A DNA stretch of 42,085 nt from a virus: the IMG/VR virus record IMGVR_UViG_3300006149_000031. The stretch is one strand, 5' to 3'. Position numbers and translations under genes: made by a program. Below are positions 14,232 to 23,200 of the stretch, piece by piece. Below the pieces are notes generated by a model that was not told the origin of the DNA, made no database searches, and saw only the letters and a list, made by a program, of their open reading frames with translations. Position 1 is the stretch's first letter. Every line of letters starts with the position of its first letter.

Positions 14232-14260
14232 ACCATAATGGCGCACAAAATGAAACACAA
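14232..14260 (-). promoter_or_regulatory. Weak sigma70-like promoter candidate TTGTGT-N17-TATGGT, 8 nt before ATG 14223
   Basis: Read directly. The hexamers are weaker than at the other three sites. Confidence 0.3.
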
Positions 14261-14278
14261 GCTTGCAATATTTTGGAA

Positions 14279-17200
14279 TCACTCCGCCAGCTTAAACCCA
14301 GGCTTGGACAAATTCGCCACCCCAGCCACGGACAAGAGCCAGGACGCCACGGAATCAGCCGCCTTGCTGCGGCTCCCGGCGCCCGCTCCGGCCACGTAAG
14401 CGGCCGCCTTGGCATCCAGCAGAATCAATTCCGCCCAATCGGCAAACGTCATCTCCTTCTCCCCGGTGACGGCTTTCCACGTATTTTTGGCCGCCCGGTA
14501 AATCGCGGAATAATCAATCACTCCGGACGCGGTGCCTGCGTAAATACGCTGTCCAGTCGCCTGCTTGTAGCCAAACTCCACCGCCGCACCCAGCATCGGC
14601 ACCCCGCCAATCATGGCAACAGGAGCCCCCAGCATGGCGCCGAACCATCCGCCGTTCTTCTCCCACTCGTCCTCGTCATCCAGCAGGGCGTGCCACAGGG
14701 CAATCACCGTCTGTTCGGCAACGGACATCATTCCATATAAAGCAAGAGCCTGCCCCCAATTCCCGGAGCTCACATGAGAAACGATCATCCCCACCTTATT
14801 CAACACCTCGGAACTCATAAAACAGGCCATCTTCGCAAACAGGCCCGTGGAAGCCCCCAGCATGCTCTTCTGGCTCTGCGTCAGCGGCTGGGCCACCAGC
14901 TCCAGCGCCCGGGTCACGCTCTGCATGCACAGGGCGTGCATCTCATCATCCGTCATCGGGACGCCGGTCCTTTTTCCTGCCTCTTCCAGCTCGGCCCACT
15001 TCGCGTTATACAGGGCGGCCATGGACACGGCATTGCTCCACACGTCCATCTTCTCAATAGCCCTCATGCCGGCCATGGAAAACCTGATCGCTCCGGTGTA
15101 ATTCTGATCGGAAGCATACCCCATCAGCTGGCTCACCAGCTCCGCCTGAGCGTCATTGGTCCTCGCCCGGAAAGCCTCCGTCTTCATCACCTCAAACACC
15201 CCCATGCGTCCGGTCATGGACATCGTCTGCCCCAGGTGCAGCAGGAAACTCCCCATGCCAACCTCCCCGGCAAACATCCCGTGCATCAGGCCGCTGGTCT
15301 GCTTGAGCATCGTCAGCACGTTCCAGGCCAGCAGGGCCACCGCCTTGGCGCTCTGGAAGCGGCTTGTCGCCTGGGCTCCGGCCAGCAGGGCGCCCCCCTC
15401 CATCACTCCGGCCCCGTCGATCACATCCAGCCAGTGCCGCAGCGAATCAATCCCGTGGCGCCCCATGTGCTCCTTCAGGGACGCTGCCGCCTCCTTGTCC
15501 GCCAGAATGCCGCGCCAGCGGGCAGTAATATCCGCCGTGCAAATATAATTCTCCACCTCGGCGCTCGCCGCCTGGAACACGGCCTCGCAATCCATATTCC
15601 AGGCCAGGTGCAAATTGTGCTTCCGCCTGGGAATCAGCATCCCGTACTTCGCCCCGCCGGCCACGGCATTCGTCTGTTCCCCGAAAGACGCCTTCGTATC
15701 AAGCTTGTGGTCCGCCCGGAACACGGCCCGGAAATAATTCTCCACCGCGGGGAAGGGAACCCCCTCACGCTCCTCATACACACGGGCCAGCAGCTTTCCC
15801 TGCCGGTTCATCAGCTCCCGCAGGCCGTAGCCGAACGCCAGCCCTTCGGCGCCCACAAACTCGCGCAGGCGGGCAACCTCCGCTTCTCCAATGCCTTCAT
15901 TCCGCATCGTCTCCACGTACTCGGCCTGCTCGTAAAGCAAAATGGCATACATCGCCTGGGCGCGGGAAACCTTCAACGTCTCGCCCTTCCTGCCCGGGCG
16001 CACCACTTCCTCCTTCGCCGTAATATTCTTCCTCCTTCTGGCCCGTCCGTCTCCGGCCTTCACCAATTCATCCAGCTCGGCAAGCTGCCGGCGCATCTCC
16101 GGAATAAGCGCTTCCGGCACGGACGCCTTATCGTCGGAAAGCCCCCGGTCATTGTACTCCTTCCTGATTGCCTTGCGTCGTTCCTCCCTCTCCTCAAAAG
16201 ACAACCCCACCCACTCGCGGGCCTCGGCGATCCTCACGGTGCGCTCCACCTTCACCAGCGGATTCAGCACTACGCCGGAATCCCCTGTCTTCTTGAAATC
16301 GGAAAGAACCCTTGCCACATCTTTGGTGCGCTGAACGCCAAAACACCGCTTAACCAGGGCCGTCACCTCCCGGTCCCGGGCGTGCTTCATATTCCTCAAC
16401 GCCACATTCGCCTCGGCAATCGCAGTAACCTCGGCATGCGCCAGACCGCGCAGGGCGGGAATCTTCTTCCATCCATTCAACAGCTGGGAATAAGACTGCA
16501 AACCGTACTTCAGGTACTTGGCCGCCTTCGTTCTCGTAGACGCCTTCGCATCCTCTTCCGCGTCACGTCCTCCCTGGGGAGTGGCCTGCCCAAGCCCTTC
16601 CACAATCTTCTCGGCCTTGAACTTCGTCCGGCGCCTCTCCTCGTCCAACCGGGTGGACCAGGCCGTCCGTCCCGTCGTGATAAACAGGGCAAGGGCGCGC
16701 GCGCAGGCGCGCGTCTGCTCCAGTCCCATCCCGGCCAGATATCCGAACGTGTGCCAATCCTTCAATTCCAGCTCGGCCGCACCCCGTTCCTCTTCGGTGG
16801 ACTGGTTGCTGGAAAGCACGCCCTCCAGCTCCAGCATTCGCTTCTCCTTCGCCTCCTGGTCCGTATTCATCATGGCGACTATCCCGTGCAAATGCCTGTA
16901 ATCCTCCGCGCTCAACTTGCCCTTGTTAAACTTCCCGCTGGCCTTCTTCGTCGGCTGCACGGCCTTGATGCGGGCAACCATCTCCGCCCGCATCTGGTCG
17001 ACGGCATATCGGTCTGCCTGTTCCAGCGTGCGGGCCAGCAGCTTGTCAATCACGGCATCCATGCGCTCGCTGGTATCGTCCATCAGCGTCTCCTTCTTCA
17101 GCTCATCGGAAAGCCATGCCTGACCGTCCTCCAGACGGGTGGCAAGATTCTCGGCAGCTCTCATGTAAGGGTAAAGGCCAAACCTGTACCCCTCCGGCAG

Positions 17201-20200
17201 CGTCTTGTAAATGGAAGCCACCACGGCCATGACCCTTCCGAACGCCTCCGCGCCGTCTCCCTGCTTCACATCGTTGGCCGCGCAAACCCGGCGCCATGTC
17301 TCCAACGCTTTTGCCGTCTGGCTGCGCAGCACCTCCAAACGGTTCTTCTGCGCCTCCCGCTCCAGCGTCACCCAGACACTTTCTCTCGTGGCAAGAGAGA
17401 AACTCGCCGTCGGATCCTCATAATCCGCCCACGCTCCCCCGGTGGACTCGTCCGCAAACGCCGTAATCTTAATATCGTTGCCGTCAAAAATCACGTAATT
17501 ATACGTCTGCTTCTCCTCCGCCTTCCAGCGGGAAAAACCGTCTGCGTACCTGATGCCCCTCACTCCATGCCTTAACAGAAACTCGCTCGCCTCTCTGGGG
17601 CTTCCCAAGGCATCCTCCAACGAGCGGTAAATCTTGCCCCCCATCCAATACCCATTTTCCGGATCCTTGTCGTTGAACAAAGAATACGCTTCTTCCTTGC
17701 CCTCATCCAGAAGCCAATCTCCTATTCTGGATGTTGTAGATGAGCCGTACCCTTTATCCCAAAACAGCAGCTCCCCTCCTTCCATGAAGTCCAAATAATC
17801 CTCCACATTCAGCTCCACGCGGTAATTGGAAGGCATGCCCGTCCTGACCTCTATCTCGTCCAGATGATCAAGCAGAGAAAGTAGAAAGCCTTCCAGCTGG
17901 ACCATTTTCTCCCGCTCCTGGGGATACTCCTCCGCGTGTTTCCTGTTGATTTCAATCTCCTCCATCACCTCTCTGGCGATGTCTGAAACAGTCATGCTTC
18001 CTTTGGAGGCATCAACCAAATCGCCAAGAACAGACCAGGCGATATCTGACGCGTCCTCCTTGGCCTCCGGCAGGGCATCCTTCGGCAAAAAACTATTTAC
18101 CAGGGATCGTTGCATCACTTCTATAACGCCAGTCTCCACCTCCCGGAACTTCCATGTCGTCTTATCCTGCGCGAACTGGTTCATATAACTCCGGTTCACC
18201 TCCGGATTTTCCGCAAAATAAAGTCCCCAGCCATACGCCTGCGCTCCTTCCCCCTTGCCCATGAACGCCGTATCAAACTTGCGAAAACTGTGAGGGGAAG
18301 CATGCAGGGCAGTAATGGAGAACGTCACCCCCGGTTCCGTAATCACAGCGTTGCCCGCCTCAAAATGGCCGTCCCGGAACAAGCCCTGTTCCTGTGCCGA
18401 AACAATGGAAAACGTAATGTCCGGATTCTTCGGATCAAACGTCCCCCGGTTGTTCGTGGAGGACTTGATCTGATTCGGCTCAAAGGCAATGTACTCCGTC
18501 CATTTACCCAGTACAGCAATGAGTCCATCATGTCCTCTTTCTTGAGCACTATCGGCTATCTGGGCCGCTCCTGTCGCATACGGCCGGAATATTCCAAACC
18601 TGTCATCTTCATGAAAATTCCCATCCCAAATATTTAAATAATCGCCTATCTCTTCAGCAGACTTGTAATCATTAAAAATAAACGGATTCCTGATATTCAG
18701 AAACAGAGCCAGCTTCTTGTTCCCGTACGGAGTATTCTCCATATTGGTAAAATAAAATCCTCTACCCCATATACCATAATCAGTAGCAGATCCAATCTTG
18801 GCCTTGTCAAACACCGTGAAATCACCGTATGTCCCATGATACACCACCCTCGGCTCCCCGTTCTCGTCCACCACCTTGGAAGCATTCTGCGGATCCTTCT
18901 CCCAATCGCCAAACCAATTCTTAAACGCCGCCGTGCGCACGGCAAGCCACTGGTCTTCCGTCAGATTCGTTTCCTTCCCGTTCGGGGCCTTCATGAACGT
19001 GCCCGCAGCCACAGCTTCCTTCTTGATTGCCTCTTTTTCCAGAGATAGGGAAAACGTCGCCGGAACAATAGCCCCGTCGTCAAACCGGCATTCCACTTCA
19101 TTCACGTTGACAACATGCGCCCCTTGTGGTAAGGAAAAACCATCTCCCCCGCCAGCGGATTGGGACGGCAGAGCGGCCTTGCTTGCCGATCCTGGACCTA
19201 GGCGCGCGGTGCCGCTATTCGCGTTTGCAGGTTGTCGCTCTGCAAGGGGGAGCTTCTTCCCCAGCGGCTTCTTGCCCTGCCGCACTGGATAAGCCGAGAC
19301 AATGGAATAAAACCCGTCCTTCCGGTCCAATTGCAGCAGCATCCATGAAGAAGGCTGCCTTCCCTTAACCAGCAGCTCACGCCCGGGCGCCACCTCGTAA
19401 AGCTCGCTCACATTCGCCAGAATGGAACTGATATAGCGTTCCGGGGAACGGTCCTTCCAGAAGGAAAACCCGCGGGAAGCCAGGATATGGGTCAGTCCAT
19501 AGCCGCGATGCTCCCCGACATCGGAACCCACCAGCAGCCGCACCGGCATGGCTGGCTGCCTCTTGCGGCGCGGAATCACAAACCAGTCAGGACTTCCGTC
19601 TTCCCGGGTGACGAACGTCTCCGGAGCCAGGACAGTTCCGGAACTATCCATGGCAACCACGGAAAACGTCGCCCCGGAAACGGGCACACGCTCGAACGGA
19701 TTCACTTCACTCGTGCCGTCCCAGGCAAGGGCGCGGTCATGAAGGTGCAGCGCCGGGTCATGGGACTGCCATGCCCCCTTGGCTCTTTCCAAATCATGAA
19801 TGGCCGCATTCAAATCTGCGTCCGTCTCCAGGCGGATGCCCATCCTGCCCGCCAAATCCTTCCGCCGGCTGATGCCTCTGGACTTCTTCAGAAGGGACAG
19901 GCGTTCGGCAATCAGGGAAATCCCCCGGGCCGCAAAGCGGGCCACCTTCTCGCAATCCTCCTGCCAGGACGTATCGTTGCCGAACAAATCAAACGCCTCT
20001 CCCTCCCGGGACTTCTCCGCAGCCACCCGGTCCGCCTCCTTCACATAGGCCGCCACGTAATCCCACGGCTTCCCCTTCTCGCGCAGCTGCAGGGCAAGCA
20101 TCTGTCCCGCCTCCGTTGAAGACAGGCGGCATACCTTCCACGCCTCGTTATCCGTAATCACCCCGTTCTTCAGGCGGGTAAACACCTCATCCCCGGCCAG

Positions 20201-23200
20201 GGTGGCAATATCCCAGCCCATCACATTGGCGGAACCGGGGCGCAAATACCCCTGCGCCTCCATCTCGTCCCGGCCCATATTGGAATTCCGGACAAAAAAA
20301 GCCACCTCCAGCGCGGACGCCTGACCGTCCAGCATATTCTGCCCGACGTCGTGCATCTTCGCCCAAGTGGCGTCATGCGCATCATCTTCTTCATACACGT
20401 AAGCCGGAATAAACTCCACCCCGTCGCGCACGGCCAAATCAAACCGGTGGCGTCCGGTAATCACATGCAGGGCTCCATCCCTGCGCCGCCACACGGAAAT
20501 GGGCTGGGCGTCTTCCCGGAACCATCCCTGAAGCTCGCGCCCCTTCACGGCTCCGCGTTCATTATGATCTCCCTGCTTGAACTGCTCCACATCCGGCGCC
20601 AGGGCCAGGGAATCCACCCGCACCTGGGCAAACACGCAATCCGGCGCCACCCGCACAAACGCGTGATCGCGGAACTCCGCGCCGGCCTCTTCATCGTGTT
20701 CGGCCTCTTCCCCCACCCCCTCCAGGGAGCCGCCGGCATCCTCCACCAGCGGAGCGGGGGATGCCGAATTCCCGGCAATGCCGGTCACGGGATCAGTCTC
20801 ATCCTCCTCTTCCGCGGTCTCTTCCACATCCTCCGCGGCATCCATCCGCGCCATGGACTCTTCCAGTGCCTCCAGCTCGCCCAGCGTCATCGTGGCATCC
20901 CCCGGAGCCCTGCGGGAAGCAAGGTCCGCGTGCACCATCTCCACATCCAGTTTCTGCGCGGCATCCATCCGCGCCTGGCGGAAAACGCTCTCCGTACTCA
21001 CGCCCACGGCCTGCAGGGCGTCTGCCAGGCCTCCGTGCTCTTCCATAAACTTCTTCCCCTCGTCCGTCGCGGCAAACTCGTTCCATTGCTCGCCCATGCG
21101 TATGATGCGGGCGGAATCCTCCAGATTCTTCAGGGCGAACTCCGCGGTGTCCTTCACCCACTGTGGCACGGGCAGGCTCTCAATATCCGCCAGGGAGGAA
21201 GACAGGGACAGGTTGGAAAAACTTTCCACCACGTCCCTGGCATCATGCGCCGGGCCCTCATACGTCCCCAGACTCACGCCGTACCTTCCCAACACGGCGT
21301 CCGCCGCCTGCAAATGCTCCCACAAATCCTGCCAATCCTTCCCGGTCAGGTTCATGTAATGAACCAGGGCGGACTCCTGCACATCCTCCATCACGTTGGC
21401 CGTCGTGGCATGGCCTCCTGCGTAAAGCAGCAGGGAACTCCCAGGATCGGTCGCCATCGTAAACCGGTGGGCGAAGCTGGCCGCCGCCGTGCCGTTCCTG
21501 ATCTCCTCGGATCTCCCCCTCGTAATCTCTCCGGAACGCACTGCATGATCAAGACGCCTCTCAAAAGCCGCCGCCAAATCGGCAATGGAACCAAGCTGAA
21601 CCTTCCCCATCACTTCGGCATCCGTCCTGCTTCTGGCTTCCTGGACGGACACGCCCTCTTCCCGGACAATCGCGTCAATCCTCGCCTGGGCTCGCGCGGC
21701 CACATCCATCAACCCCGGGACGGTCATCCCTCCGGTTTCGGCGGCCGCCTTCCGGTACTCCGCAGGCGCTTCCTCGGACAACATATCCAGCGTCTCAATA
21801 AAATCCATCTTCCCGGCTTCCGAAATCGCGGCATTCCCCAGCACGGCATCCTGCATCACGCGGACGCCATTCAAATAAGCCCCCTGCAGCACTACCTGAA
21901 CCAGGGCGTCCGTCTGCTCCTCGTTCATCTCCACGCTCCTGTCTTCCTCCATCTTCACGCCGTTCACTACAGCGCCCTCCCGCAGGCTCACCTCGTACCT
22001 GTCCGTTCCTTCCAGCTTGCGGATACGGCCAATGTTGGCCTTCTCCAGCACCTTGTCCAGAGCGCCGGACATCTGGTACAGCCGGGCCTCCTGCCGGTCC
22101 GCCAGCTCGGCGCCGGCCTTCCGCGCCCGTTCGGCGGCTCCTTCTGGATCCTTCAATACATCAGTCTCGAAATACTTCTGGGCCAGCGCAGCCTTGTGCT
22201 CCGCCGTGGAAAAAGACGCCATCTCTTCGGCATGCTTCTTCGTATATCCGGCCAGCTGGGCCCGCTGCGCATCCGTCACGAACGCCGCCACTTCCTGCTT
22301 CATCCTCGGAGCGTGGCCGGCAGCCATGGCCGCCACAAACAACGCGCATCCGCCGGACTGCTCCACATCCCCCATCGCCTGAAGCACGGGGCCCACCACC
22401 TCGAAATCCTTCGGCTTCACCTCCATTCCCGTCATCCCGGACAACTTCCGGGCCGTCCACTCGAACAACTCCCCGGCCAGAGGTTCCGCCGCCATCTCTT
22501 CCACGTAGGCAAACGCCGGGGTGGAAAGCATCTTGCCGGTTCTCGTCCCGGCAAAAAACGTGCGCCCCGGCACCTTCGCGGCCAGTCTCGCCAGGGCGCC
22601 GGTTCCCGTCCTGGTCATCAGCTTGTTGATGGCCCCCATGCGCCCGAACACGGAAAACACCCCAAACCCCTTTTCCTCCACCGTATTCCGCAGCCCGTTG
22701 ATCGTCACGTCCACCAGGGAATCCCCGTTGCGGGAGGCGGCATTCCCGGCGTGCCCCATATCCCCGGCCAGCGCCAGGGCCCAGCCGCCGGGAGCCATGT
22801 AGGAAAGGCTCTGCCCGGTGATATTCCCGGCTCCGTTAATCGCCTTGACGTACCAGGACGCATCAGGGCTCGTGCCCCGCATCCGCTGTCCGAACTCGTG
22901 CATCACATCCTGCATCGTATTCAGCGCTTCGCGTCTTTGCTCGTAGCGGTCGAAGAGCTGCCTTTGTCCGTCAAACGTATCCTTCACCCCCTGCAGGGGA
23001 GCAATATTATTGGAATACCACTCTTCCATTCCGCTCATGCCGGGAATGCCCCTCACCGCCTGAACCGCCTTCACGCCCAGGCTCTCCGCGCCGCGCGCCG
23101 TGTCGGCAAAACTTCTATACAAATTGCGCCAGAAAGCAGCGGAATCCGTCTGGCTCTCCTGAACCTTCCGGTCAATCGCGGTCATCAGCAACATCAACGC

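Noticed and set aside
13285-14415. ORF-track N-terminal extensions (for example 13342..14415, 27540..28160, 29767..33231, 33286..33792, 36221..37075, 38887..39171, 39910..40227, 7926..8915, 3490..4404)
   Set aside because: The extended N-termini are Arg/Pro/Cys-rich, overlap upstream genes or promoters, and begin at non-ATG or poorly placed codons. Internal ATG/GTG starts with SD-like sequences, ATGA coupling or the fixed late-motif spacing were preferred.
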